Origin: Opitutia bacterium
Lineage (GTDB): Bacteria; Verrucomicrobiota; Verrucomicrobiia; Opitutales; T3Sed10-336
Direction of reading: 5' to 3'
Length of the DNA: 57,670 nt
Assembly (NCBI GenBank): GCA_050506795.1
Contig: JBJHCF010000034.1
Coordinates: forward strand, 1 to 57,670
Below, one piece after another: positions 21,609 through 30,809 of this stretch (its first letter is position 1; each line of letters begins with the position of its first letter). A program made the position numbers and the translations under genes. Under the pieces are notes generated by a model. The model saw only the letters and a program-made list of their open reading frames with translations, did no database searches and was not told the DNA's origin.

Positions 21609-22691
21609 GTGCGCACGATCATTCATATCGACATGGATTGCTTTTACGCGGCGATTGAAACCCGCGATCGTCCGGACCTGCATGGAAAGGCGGTCGGAGT
21701 TGGCGGGAGTCGCGATCGGCGCGGCGTTCTCACCACCTGTAACTACGAGGCGCGCAAATTCGGAGTCCGCTCGGCCATGCCCACCTTTGTCGCGCTGCAA
21801 AAGTGTCCTCAACTGGTTGTGGTTCCGACACGATTCGAGGTTTATCGACGGGAATCGCTCAGAATCCGTCGAATCTTGCAGGAATACAGTTCTTTGATCG
21901 AGCCTCTTTCTCTGGATGAGGCCTATCTCGACGTGAGCGGAAACGACCTCGGGGGCTGGGAAATTGCCACCCGGATTCGAGAGGAAATTTTTTCGCTGAC
22001 GGGTCTGACTGCCTCTGCCGGGATCGCTCCGAACAAGCTTTTGGCTAAGATCGCGAGCGATTGGGAGAAGCCGAACGGCCAGTTCGAGGTGAAGGAAGCG
22101 GATATCGCCGCCTTTATGGAGCCGTTGCCGGTGAGGCGGATTTGGGGAGTCGGGCCGGTTTCGGCGGAGCGGCTCGAGAAGCTGGGCATCACCACCTGCG
22201 GTGAGGTCCAGCGGCGGGGGGTGGCCGATCTGGTTAAGCTTTTTGGGAGATTCGGTTGGGAACTCTATGAGATGAGTCGCGGAATCGACCGTCGCGCCGT
22301 TGAGCCTTCGCGACCGCGCAAGTCATTGAGCACTGAACGAACCTTCTCCGCCGACCTGAAGGAGCTTTGGCAATGTCGCGAGGAACTGGAACATCTTTTT
22401 GCGGAGTTGCTGGCCGACCTCGAGGCCCGAAAGGAGCCAAGGCCAGTCGAGCGACTTTTTCTTAAACTCACGTTTTCTGATTTCTCGAAAACCTCGGTTG
22501 AACGTGCAGGGCGGGCGCCTTTATTATCCGCCTACGAAACGCTTTTGGCTGAAGGTTTTCGCCGGGGCGGACAAGCAGTGCGGCTGATCGGTGTCGGAGT
22601 GCGCTTCAGTGAAGCTGGCGCGGAACAACTTGAGTTGCCACTGGGAATGGATCCCGTAATCGGCAACCGGGGGAGGGTAGGGGCTGAATGA
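21609..22691 (+). CDS. dinB: DNA polymerase IV
   Basis: IIHIDMDCFYAAIE, YEARKFGVRSAM, PLSLDEAYLD, NKLLAKIASDWEKPNG, RLIGVGV. GTG start inferred from the usual DinB N-terminus. Confidence 0.96.
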   Translation: MRTIIHIDMDCFYAAIETRDRPDLHGKAVGVGGSRDRRGVLTTCNYEARKFGVRSAMPTFVALQKCPQLVVVPTRFEVYRRESLRIRRILQEYSSLIEPLSLDEAYLDVSGNDLGGWEIATRIREEIFSLTGLTASAGIAPNKLLAKIASDWEKPNGQFEVKEADIAAFMEPLPVRRIWGVGPVSAERLEKLGITTCGEVQRRGVADLVKLFGRFGWELYEMSRGIDRRAVEPSRPRKSLSTERTFSADLKELWQCREELEHLFAELLADLEARKEPRPVERLFLKLTFSDFSKTSVERAGRAPLLSAYETLLAEGFRRGGQAVRLIGVGVRFSEAGAEQLELPLGMDPVIGNRGRVGAE

Positions 22692-22769
22692 ACTGAAAAG
22701 ACTTGCCGTTCACCCCGGTTGTTACCACCATTTTGACGCGGTGGATCGGTTCCCACGGTTTACCCTTCA

Positions 22770-22896
22770 GTTGCCGATAATTGTTTCTTAAGTTTCAGAT
22801 TGAGAAAAATAATGATGGGGCGAATCTCATTCGGGTGGGTGAGGAAACCGTACGCCTGGATCTGAGGGGCGGCTCGTCGGCAACGGCGGGTTCTGC
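22770..22896 (+). mobile_element. attC-like site 1 (left end eroded)
   Basis: Perfect inverted pair GTTGCCGA (22770) / TCGGCAAC (22877), a 5-bp spacer, then GTTCTGC. Right end nearly identical to site 2. Confidence 0.4.
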
Positions 22897-22911
22897 GTTA
22901 TTGCAAGAAAG

Positions 22912-23373
22912 ATGAATACAATAAATCCCAGTCATAAGAGAGAGAGGACACTTCTAAGAGTGATCGGTCCGCTGACCTTATTTATCGGGCTCGGCTTTGT
23001 CGTGGTAGGAATGGCTAGTTTCTTCACCGCCTTTGGAGGCAGCGGGGTTCCCAGATACTTTTGGTGCGCCTTCGTCGGAGCACCAATCTCTTTTGTCGGC
23101 CTCATATTATGCAAATTTGCCTTCATGGGGAAAATCTTTCGGTTTTCCGCTGGAGAATTGGCTCCAGTAGGAAAAGACACTTTTAACTATATGGCGGTCG
23201 AGACGAAAAAGGGGGTTGCAGACGTTTCAGAAGCCTTCTTTCAAGGACGATCGCGTGTTGAAAAGCCAACAATTGCCGAGCGGATCTCGAAACTTGAGGC
23301 TCTGAAGCAATCAGGTTCAATCAGCCAGGAGGAATTCGACGTTCAGAAGAAACGTATCCTCGACGAACTCTAA
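22912..23373 (+). CDS. Two-TM membrane protein with C-terminal SHOCT domain (cassette-like gene)
   Basis: Two hydrophobic segments and ERISKLEALKQSGSISQEEFDVQKKRIL. Starts 15 bp after GTTCTGC and ends 1 bp before GCGGAAC. Confidence 0.85.
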   Translation: MNTINPSHKRERTLLRVIGPLTLFIGLGFVVVGMASFFTAFGGSGVPRYFWCAFVGAPISFVGLILCKFAFMGKIFRFSAGELAPVGKDTFNYMAVETKKGVADVSEAFFQGRSRVEKPTIAERISKLEALKQSGSISQEEFDVQKKRILDEL

Positions 23374-23374
23374 G

Positions 23375-23512
23375 GCGGAACACGTTTCCGGCTGGACAAC
23401 GTCCGGAATGAGGGAGAGGATACGGCAAAGGATTCGTCTGGCCGAAGGCCGACATGAACAGTGGTTGCCACTCCGGGATTTGTGACGGGGAGTCGGTAAC
23501 AGCGGGTTCTGC
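23375..23512 (+). mobile_element. attC-like site 2 (138 bp)
   Basis: Ends GCGGAAC...GTTCTGC, inner arms GTTTCCGGCT / AGTCGGTAAC. Directly follows a stop codon. Confidence 0.5.
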
Positions 23513-23591
23513 GTTTATGGCAATGAGATTCAAAAGAATGAGAGGGGAAATCGTAACCCGTTATATCGCTAGAAAACGAGAGGCGCAAACG

Positions 23592-24332
23592 ATGTCGGTC
23601 AGGCATTGCGCGCTGTTTGGTTTAGTTCTGATCATGGCCACCTCCTCCCTGGCCGGCGAGCTCGACCTCGGACTCGAAGGCGGAGGTGTCTGGTTCAGCA
23701 GAAACGATGTGAGAATTCCCGGCGACGACGGAACGAAGTTCAACCTGCTGGATCTGACTGGAAAGGGGCCGGATCCGTATATTCGCTTGCACACTAGTTA
23801 TGCCTTCAACGACAGGCATGCCCTGCGCCTCACTCTGGCACCGCTGCAAGTTGAGGGAACAGGAAGGTTGAGTGAAGACGTCGAATTCAAGGGCGACGTG
23901 TTCAGCGCCGGAACGCCTACGAAGGGAAAGTACAAGTTCAACACCTACCGCCTGACTTACCGGTGGTCGTTCTATGATCGTGAGCGCTGGCGCTTGGGTG
24001 TCGGCGCTGCGGCACTCGTTCGCGATGCGGAGATCATGCTGGAGCAGGCAGACAGGAAGCAATCGAAGGACGATCTTGGGCTGGTCCCGCTTCTGCATTT
24101 GTACGGCCAGTACCGGTTGAATGATCAGGCTTCCATCATCCTGGACCTGGAGGGTGCGTGGGCACCCATGGGACGCGCCATTGATGCCGCTCTCACGACA
24201 CAGTATGATTTTAATTCCGGATGGTACGTAGCCGCTGGATACAGGACACTCGAGGGCGGTGCGGACAATGACGATGTCTATACTTTTGCATGGCTGCACT
24301 ATGCGCTGGGCATGGCAGGCTATCGGTTCTGA
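23592..24332 (+). CDS. Putative outer-membrane beta-barrel protein
   Basis: Signal peptide (MSVRHCALFGLVLIMATSSLA), amphipathic strands, terminal GYRF typical of OMP beta-signals. Confidence 0.75.
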   Translation: MSVRHCALFGLVLIMATSSLAGELDLGLEGGGVWFSRNDVRIPGDDGTKFNLLDLTGKGPDPYIRLHTSYAFNDRHALRLTLAPLQVEGTGRLSEDVEFKGDVFSAGTPTKGKYKFNTYRLTYRWSFYDRERWRLGVGAAALVRDAEIMLEQADRKQSKDDLGLVPLLHLYGQYRLNDQASIILDLEGAWAPMGRAIDAALTTQYDFNSGWYVAAGYRTLEGGADNDDVYTFAWLHYALGMAGYRF

Positions 24333-24915
24333 CAGTTTGCTCTTTCCATGCCGGTTGCCATATGGAAAGTTTCACGGTGTATTTGATTCCGGGTTGGTCG
24401 ACAAAACCTCAGCATCGATAAGCCATTCGGTGAACGGACGTGATTGGCCTAGATTCAATGCAGGAGTCCGTTCCAGACCGGCGAGGTGAAGGCATGGGCC
24501 CTTTCTATCAGAAAGCTTAATGTTTGGTTTCGCTGGTGTTCAGTTAAAACCCGTGGAACGTCTATTGTGTAGGAGTGCACATTCCGTCGTTTCCTGTGGT
24601 GTAATCTGTAAGCAACTGATGGAAAGGGAGTTTCTGAAATGCGTCACACGTTTGACGGCTTATACCCATCGTAACATCAACTTCTTACAAACTTCTAAAC
24701 CCGACTTAACTGGACAGCAGTGACAAGCCCTCAACCTTTCGCGTTTGGAGTATTGTCGGGCATCCCGGCAAAACAAGAAGGGTCGCGGATCGAACGATTT
24801 TTCTTTCGGCTTGTCATTTGAGCTTACCGCTACGATAATTTCTGCGAAGGGGAACCGGGGTGGCCTTGCCGATTTTCCGGGCCCGTCTGAGGAGTAGCTA
24901 AAGGAGGGGAGTCCC

Positions 24916-25095
24916 GTGAAGTTTTTTTCCTGCGTTTGTGGAAATCGGCTTTTTTTTGAAAACGTAGAATGTGTCGGTTGTGGCGCCCGGGCGGGCTTCT
25001 GTCCCGTCTGCCGGGAAGTCTCTGCTCTTCGCCCGGGGGAGGCGATGTCTGGCGTTGCTGCAATCGGGCCTGCGGAACGCCTGGGAGTGGGGTAA
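24916..25095 (+). pseudogene. N-terminal zinc-ribbon fragment of a putative zinc-binding metallopeptidase (DUF2248-like)
   Basis: AAGGAGG RBS, GTG start, MKFFSCVCGNRLFFENVECVGCGARAGFCPVC. The continuation GDVWRCCNRACG lies in another frame after a G-run, then the gene is lost. Not in the ORF track (59 aa). Confidence 0.65.
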
Positions 25096-25144
25096 TCGTC
25101 CTCCCACATATCCCGGTGGCAGTTGGTGACGGTGATCAAATCCT

Positions 25145-25219
25145 GTGACACAGACATTCCTGTCTGTGAAGTCCTCGCTTCGGGCGGGGTGGGAGGACAG
25201 ACAGGAATATCTGTGTCAC
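25145..25219. repeat. REP doublet (REPIN-like)
   Basis: 23-bp inverted arms GTGACACAGACATTCCTGTCTGT / ACAGACAGGAATATCTGTGTCAC (1 mismatch), each internally palindromic. Confidence 0.75.
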
Positions 25220-25285
25220 GGTGCTTGAAGGAGTTATCGGGGGCCAAAAACATGAGAAATTGAAACCTTTTGGGTTCCCCGTTTC

Positions 25286-25520
25286 GGCTAGGGGATTGGA
25301 GAAAGGGGATCAGTGCCGAAGCAACTTCGTTGCGTTCGTAGCCGTAAACCTTCCCCGAAAGAACGAAAACGACTTCGGCCACGACGAGAGGAACCGCTTT
25401 CAGCGTCAGCTCACCGGACTCATTGGCGGCAAAGAGACCCTTCGCCCGGGCGGCCTGCTTTTCCGCCTCTCCCGTGAGAAAGCGGACGATCAGGTTGGTA
25501 TCGACCAGGCAGGGTTTCAA
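25286..25520 (-). pseudogene. vapC: 3'-truncated PIN-domain (VapC-like) toxin
   Basis: TTG start overlaps the antitoxin stop. CLVDTNLIVRFL..VVAEVVFVL. Similarity ends after about 78 aa; the C-terminal acidic motifs are missing. Confidence 0.75.
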
Positions 25521-25702
25521 TCTTTCGAGCCCTCCCGTACGGCATGTTCGGCCCACTCCTCACGAGCCGCCGCCCGCGCCTTCTGAAAATCCTTCGTCCG
25601 TCCCTTTCGTTTCGCCTTCTTCAGCGAGCCGAACGACGCGAGCACGCCGGGATGGTAATGGAGAACCACCCTGTCTCCTCCGACCTCGTAAACGAGCGGA
25701 CC
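25517..25702 (-). pseudogene. 5'-truncated AbrB/MazE/SpoVT-like antitoxin
   Basis: GPLVYEVGGDRVVLHYHPGVLASFGSLKK..EGSKD* coupled (TTGA) to the PIN gene. No start codon; upstream in-frame sequence runs through a REP and then hits a stop. Confidence 0.6.
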
Positions 25703-25717
25703 CTCGTGATGCTTCGT

Positions 25718-25781
25718 CGCCGTCTGAAGAACGGCGCTACTGTTTCACGACTCCACCCGTAGGTCGGTGCTTCAGCCCGAC
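25718..25781. repeat. GTAG-type REP pair of the same family as the 48.7 and 57.5 kb arrays
   Basis: CGCCGTCTGAAGAACGGCG-CTAC, an 18-bp spacer, then GTAG-GTCGGTGCTTCAGCCCGAC. Confidence 0.7.
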
Positions 25782-26356
25782 TTCCTGATCCCGGGAAGGG
25801 TACCCCCTCTCGGTTCCCCAACTTCAACCTTTTGACTTCAAACTTTTAACTTTCGTCGCCCCTCGCCCCTTTCTTCCTCCTGCCTTCCCATCAGCCTTTC
25901 CATTGACAGTGGTCTTTGATCGAGGTGGCTGGAGCCCTTCCCTGGGATAACTCACGCAATTTTCTCCACCATCGTTCCCTGGGTTGGATGGGCGATTTCT
26001 TGCACGGGGAATTTCGCGCAGCGCGTCGATCCATGCCGTGTACGGTCGAAACCGATCTGGTCCCGCCGAGTCACGATTCGTGCCAGCCCGTCCTTTGAGC
26101 GAGTGCTACCAATCCGGACCGGCCGGTTTCCCCCGCGATGAGGGCAACAGCGAAATGTCGGCCTGCTTCCTTTTCGGCGCTTTTGGCCTCGTTTCCCTTC
26201 TGCCCGGAAAGAGCCGAGTACGTCATGACCCGGCCCCTTTACCAGGGCGTGAAGATCGCTCCCGCCACCGGACGGGAACTGAGATCGTTCCCTTCTAACC
26301 TGATTCGTCGATAGCTGAACCAATTGGGGTTTTGGGATAAGGTTTTGTGATTATGG

Positions 26357-26375
26357 TATTAATTTCAAATTAATA
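26357..26375. promoter_or_regulatory. Perfect 9-1-9 AT-rich palindrome upstream of nrfH, candidate operator
   Basis: TATTAATTT-C-AAATTAATA in an AT-rich patch about 180 bp before nrfH. Confidence 0.45.
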
Positions 26376-26552
26376 AAACTTATTGATTGAGTTCCTGGCG
26401 GGTTGCGGTCAGAATTGCAGAGTGATGGCCTCCCACGGAAAAACCGCGGCGGTTGGGGCGATGAGGTTTCTCGCCAAACATGACGGGATGCCGGTGCTGG
26501 CGGTATCCAATTGCCAGGCCCTTGAGGCAATGATCTTGGAGGCAATTGTGCG

Positions 26553-27227
26553 ATGAAACTGTTGCGGTCGATCGCCGGCCCAATTGTTCATTTGCCGCGC
26601 TTTCTGCGGCCGCCGGCGCGCTGGCGCCTCCCGGTTCTCCTGGTTTGCGGCGTGTTGGTTGGCCTGTTGGCGCTGACCCTGCATATATCGCGGGCGACCA
26701 GCTACCTGACCGATGATCCGGCGGCTTGCGTCAACTGTCACATCATGGCTCCGCAGTATGCGTCATGGGAAAAAGGCAGTCACGGACGGGTGACGAATTG
26801 CAACGATTGCCATGTGCCGCAGGACTTGCTGCGTAAGTACGCCTTCAAGGCCTATGATGGAACCCGCCACGCCTTTATGTTCACGTTCAAGATGGAGCCG
26901 CAGGTAATCCGTATGCATTCCCCGGGCGTGCGTGTGGTGCAGGAAAATTGCTTACGCTGCCACTCCGACTATCTGGAAGCGACACTGGCAATGGCAGGAA
27001 CCGCTCACGGTGGCGAGCGCCAGTGCTGGGACTGTCACCGCGAGGTGCCGCATGGCAGGGTCAACAGTCTTGCCTCGGCGCCGCACGCACGGGTTCCGCA
27101 GCCAAGCCCTCTGCGCATGCCTGACTGGCTTGCCGAAAGGGTGGAGGGAGCCGGCCGCAACCGGGCTGAATCCGTTTTCGAGGCCGTACCGGCGGTGGAA
27201 GATTCGACCTGGAGGGAACAACCATGA
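26553..27227 (+). CDS. nrfH: Cytochrome c nitrite reductase small subunit (tetraheme)
   Basis: N-terminal TM. Four CxxCH motifs: CVNCH, CNDCH, CLRCH, CWDCH. Confidence 0.95.
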   Translation: MKLLRSIAGPIVHLPRFLRPPARWRLPVLLVCGVLVGLLALTLHISRATSYLTDDPAACVNCHIMAPQYASWEKGSHGRVTNCNDCHVPQDLLRKYAFKAYDGTRHAFMFTFKMEPQVIRMHSPGVRVVQENCLRCHSDYLEATLAMAGTAHGGERQCWDCHREVPHGRVNSLASAPHARVPQPSPLRMPDWLAERVEGAGRNRAESVFEAVPAVEDSTWREQP

Positions 27228-28729
27228 AATCATTGACTGAAAGGGTGGAACAACGCCCGTGGCTGGGCTGGATACTATTTGCCGCGACGGTGGCAGCGGT
27301 TTTTTTGATAGGCCTGCTGGCGGCATCCATTGTCGAGCGCCGGCAGGAAACCTTCCTGGTCGATCAGGTTCAACCAATCCAGGAGTGGGAGCCGCGCAAT
27401 GCGGTATGGGGGGTCAACTACCCGCGGCAATACGAAAGCTACTTGCGAACCCGTCAGTCCGATTTTCGTACTCTCCACGCCGGATCAGCGGAGATCGACT
27501 ACCTGGAACGCTACCCCTATCGGGTGGTGCTGTGGGCGGGCTACCCGTTTTCGCGCGATTACAAACAGGGCCGCGGACATTACCATGCGGTGGAGGATGT
27601 GCGTCGGTCGCTTCGGACCACGGTGGAGACTTTGCCGGGAACCTGTTGGACCTGCAAGTCGACCGATGTGCCGCGGGTGATGGCGGAGGTGGGAGCGGAG
27701 TCGTTTTATGCCTCCGGCATCATGGAAATGGGGCCTGAGATCACCAACCACATCGGCTGTCAGGACTGCCACGATCCGACGGGTATGGATCTGCGCATCA
27801 CCCGCCCGGCCCTGGTCGAGGCCTTTTCCCGCCAGGGTCGGGACATTAACGACGCGAGCCATCAGGAGATGCGTTCCCTTGTGTGCGCGCAGTGCCACGT
27901 GGAATACTATTTTTCCGGCGAGGGAAACTACCTGGTGTTTCCCTGGGACAAGGGCTTGGCCGCCGAGGACATGGAAGCCTATTTCGATGAGCGTGGTTTC
28001 GCCGACTGGACCCATCCTATCAGCCGCGCGCCGATGCTAAAGGCCCAGCATCCGGATTATGAACTGTACATGACAGGTGTCCATGCCGAGCGCGGGGTTT
28101 CCTGCGCGGACTGTCACATGCCCTATAAGAGTGAGGGTGCGCGCAAATTCACCGACCACCATCTGCGTAGCCCGTTGGCCGATGTGGCCAATTCCTGCGG
28201 CGTCTGTCATCGCGAAAGCGAGCAAACGCTGATCCGCGACGTTTACACCCGGCAAAACAAGGTCAAGGAGTTGATGAATGAGGTCGAGCGCTCGCTGGCT
28301 TACGCTCACATTGAGGCCGGTGCGGCCTGGGATGCCGGTGCGGGAGAGGAGGAAATGGCTCCCATCCTGCAGAAGATCCGGCAGGCCCAGTGGCGCTGGG
28401 ACTGGGTGGCCGCGGCCAACAGCGTCGGCTTCCATTCACCGGTAGAGGCCCTGCGGGTGCTGGGTTCGTCGATCCGGTTGAGCGAGTCCGCCCGCCACGC
28501 CACCACCCGGGTCCTTTTCACCCATGGAGTCGTTGATCCGGTGCCGATTCCCGATCTTTCCACCAAGGAAAAGGCACAGGCTTTCTTGGGCCTGGACATG
28601 GATGCCATCCGCGCGCACAAGGAGGAGCAGGTTCGCGAGGTTTTTCCCGCTTGGGATGAGGCTGCTGCTGAGCGCGAAGCTGGGCTTCCCGATGCGCTCA
28701 AGGCGGACTCGCCACGCTTCCGCCGATGA
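27224..28729 (+). CDS. nrfA: Ammonia-forming cytochrome c552 nitrite reductase
   Basis: Lys-ligated CWTCK plus four CxxCH (CQDCH, CAQCH, CADCH, CGVCH). KAQHPDYE and AQWRWD. Confidence 0.97.
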   Translation: MKSLTERVEQRPWLGWILFAATVAAVFLIGLLAASIVERRQETFLVDQVQPIQEWEPRNAVWGVNYPRQYESYLRTRQSDFRTLHAGSAEIDYLERYPYRVVLWAGYPFSRDYKQGRGHYHAVEDVRRSLRTTVETLPGTCWTCKSTDVPRVMAEVGAESFYASGIMEMGPEITNHIGCQDCHDPTGMDLRITRPALVEAFSRQGRDINDASHQEMRSLVCAQCHVEYYFSGEGNYLVFPWDKGLAAEDMEAYFDERGFADWTHPISRAPMLKAQHPDYELYMTGVHAERGVSCADCHMPYKSEGARKFTDHHLRSPLADVANSCGVCHRESEQTLIRDVYTRQNKVKELMNEVERSLAYAHIEAGAAWDAGAGEEEMAPILQKIRQAQWRWDWVAAANSVGFHSPVEALRVLGSSIRLSESARHATTRVLFTHGVVDPVPIPDLSTKEKAQAFLGLDMDAIRAHKEEQVREVFPAWDEAAAEREAGLPDALKADSPRFRR

Positions 28730-29964
28730 GTCAAAGTCCGACTATTCGGCCTATGAAATCGATGGGTCGGCCCTTCCCGCCCGGGAACACCTGGCATTTT
28801 GCCCTTTGGGCCGTTGGTGCGGTGATGCTCGCCGGTCTGGCCCTCGACCCCGTGCTCGGCGGACGGGGGTTCCCGGCGCCATCCTGGCCTGAAAACCTAT
28901 GGTTGCTCGTCGCCTTCATTCTATTCCAGCTTGCGGTCTGGTTCGGCGGCAACGGGTTGGCCGGCGCCCTTGGCGGAACCCGGCTGGCGGTGGTGACGAT
29001 CGGGGTGTTGTGTCTGTGGGCGATCTTGCTTGGCAGCTTGCCGCAGGTCTCCCGCGGGGTAGAGGCGCCGATGTTTCAACGGGTGATGCAGGCTCCTCCC
29101 TTCGTCTTTCTTCTCCTCCTGCTTTTGGCCAACCTCGGGTGGGGGATTCTTAATGTGATGGCCCGAGGGCTGCGGCCCTCCTCCCTGTTCTTGTGCAACC
29201 ACCTGGGGGTGTATGTGGTCGGTTTGGCGACCTTGTTTGGCTCCGGCGATGTCGAGCGACTTGACGTCTGGGTGAGGGAGGGTGACTTGGCCTGGAGCGG
29301 GATCGACGGCAAACACCACCATGAGCTGCCTTTTGCCATTCATCTGCACCGTTTTTCGCTGGCCTATTTTCCTTCCCAGTTGACTTTGATAGATTCCGAG
29401 GGCCGCATCCTGTTGCCGGACGGGACCGACCCGTTGCGGCTGTGGAAGGGCAAGGAGGGAGAGTTGCTCGGCCACCGCATTGAGGTGCTCGAGTTCACCG
29501 AGTCCGCCCCGTGGTCGATTCCCGGAGACGATCCGATTCCAGCGGCCGAAATCAGGGTACGGGGGCCCGACGGGTCCACCGCCGAAGGTTGGGTGTCGTG
29601 CGGCAGCTACGTGATGCCGCCGGTGTTTCTCGCGCTGGGGGACTTCTCGCTGGCGATGCCGGTTCCCCGGGTGCGCCTCTACGAGTCGAGGTTCACGCTG
29701 GTCCGTCCCGATGGCAGCGCCAGGGAGGCTGCGGTCAGGGTCAACGAGCCACTCAAGGTGGATGGCTGGTGGTTGTACCAGAAAGGCTACAATGTGCAGG
29801 GTGGTCCGGGCGAACGTTACTCGCAGATCGAAGCGGTGCGGGATCCATGGCTTCCGGTGGTCTACACAGGGTTCGGACTAATGGCGCTGGGAGCGGTCCT
29901 CGCACTTGGACGCGCGGGCCAACTTCTGAAGCTGCGCCGTGAGCAGGAGGGCGGGGGATCATGA
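28726..29964 (+). CDS. Cytochrome c biogenesis ResB/CcsB-like protein
   Basis: Multiple TMs, NHLG, VRVNEPL..LYQKGY, DPWLPVVYTG. Coupled to nrfA. Confidence 0.8.
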   Translation: MSQSPTIRPMKSMGRPFPPGNTWHFALWAVGAVMLAGLALDPVLGGRGFPAPSWPENLWLLVAFILFQLAVWFGGNGLAGALGGTRLAVVTIGVLCLWAILLGSLPQVSRGVEAPMFQRVMQAPPFVFLLLLLLANLGWGILNVMARGLRPSSLFLCNHLGVYVVGLATLFGSGDVERLDVWVREGDLAWSGIDGKHHHELPFAIHLHRFSLAYFPSQLTLIDSEGRILLPDGTDPLRLWKGKEGELLGHRIEVLEFTESAPWSIPGDDPIPAAEIRVRGPDGSTAEGWVSCGSYVMPPVFLALGDFSLAMPVPRVRLYESRFTLVRPDGSAREAAVRVNEPLKVDGWWLYQKGYNVQGGPGERYSQIEAVRDPWLPVVYTGFGLMALGAVLALGRAGQLLKLRREQEGGGS

Positions 29965-30734
29965 CCTGGCACCTCTTTCCCTGGATACTGGCGGTCACCG
30001 CCTTGCTGTGGGCATTTGCGTGCGTGCCGCGGATCCGCCCGCAGTATGCGGTTGCCGCCGGCTGCCTGGTGCTGGGTGTTTTCATTGCCGGCTTGTGGCG
30101 GGAACTGGAGCGGCCGCCGATGCGCACGCTGGGAGAAACCCGTTTGTGGTTCGGCCTGCTGCTGCCATTTTGCGGTTTGGTCATCCATCGGTTTGTGCCT
30201 TGGCGTTGGCCTTTGTTGTACAGCACGGGAATCGGGCTGCTGTTCCTGCTCATCACCGCCTGGCGACCGGAAACCCATGACCGCACCCTGATGCCGGCTC
30301 TGCAAAGCCCGTGGTTCGTGCCCCACGTGGTGCTTTACCTGATTGCCTATGCCTTTCTCGTCCATGCGGCGGCGACGGCGGCGATCGGATTCGTGCGCGA
30401 ACGGCACAATCCGGCCTACGGCCGATCCATGCTCGGACTGGCTGAAGTGTCCTTATGGAGCGGCTTTGCCTTTCTTACGCTCGGCTTGCTCGCCGGTGCG
30501 GTGTGGGCAAAAGAGGCCTGGGGCCATTACTGGACCTGGGATCCGAAGGAAACCTGGGCTTTTCTCACCTGGGCGGTCTACCTTGTTTATTTTCACCTGC
30601 GCGGCGAGTGGCAGGCCCATCCGCGGCGGGCGCTGGCCTTCATCACTCTCGCCAGCATCGTCGTTTTCGTTTGTTGGTTCGGAGTCAACTACCTGCCTTC
30701 GGCGACGCAGAGCGTGCATACATACGCCGGATGA
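29961..30734 (+). CDS. ccsA: Cytochrome c biogenesis protein CcsA (system II)
   Basis: PALQSPWFVPHV, WWD motif WAKEAWGHYWTWDPKETW, terminal SVHTY. Confidence 0.93.
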   Translation: MTWHLFPWILAVTALLWAFACVPRIRPQYAVAAGCLVLGVFIAGLWRELERPPMRTLGETRLWFGLLLPFCGLVIHRFVPWRWPLLYSTGIGLLFLLITAWRPETHDRTLMPALQSPWFVPHVVLYLIAYAFLVHAAATAAIGFVRERHNPAYGRSMLGLAEVSLWSGFAFLTLGLLAGAVWAKEAWGHYWTWDPKETWAFLTWAVYLVYFHLRGEWQAHPRRALAFITLASIVVFVCWFGVNYLPSATQSVHTYAG

Positions 30735-30809
30735 AGTCGGGGGAGGACCAAAACGACGTTATGTCCGTACTTGCCAAAATCGAAGTTGGCCCCGGCAGTC
30801 CACGGCCCT

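Noticed and set aside
24660..25556. 298-aa ORF as a real gene
   Set aside because: Only about 78 aa are PIN-like; the rest reads through a REP doublet and the antisense of the zinc-ribbon relic.
25916..26323. Short ORFs upstream of the nrf promoter
   Set aside because: No recognisable motifs or RBS in any frame; probably decayed sequence.
26383..26396. FNR box upstream of nrfH
   Set aside because: Only the TTGAT half-site is present; the second half does not match ATCAA.
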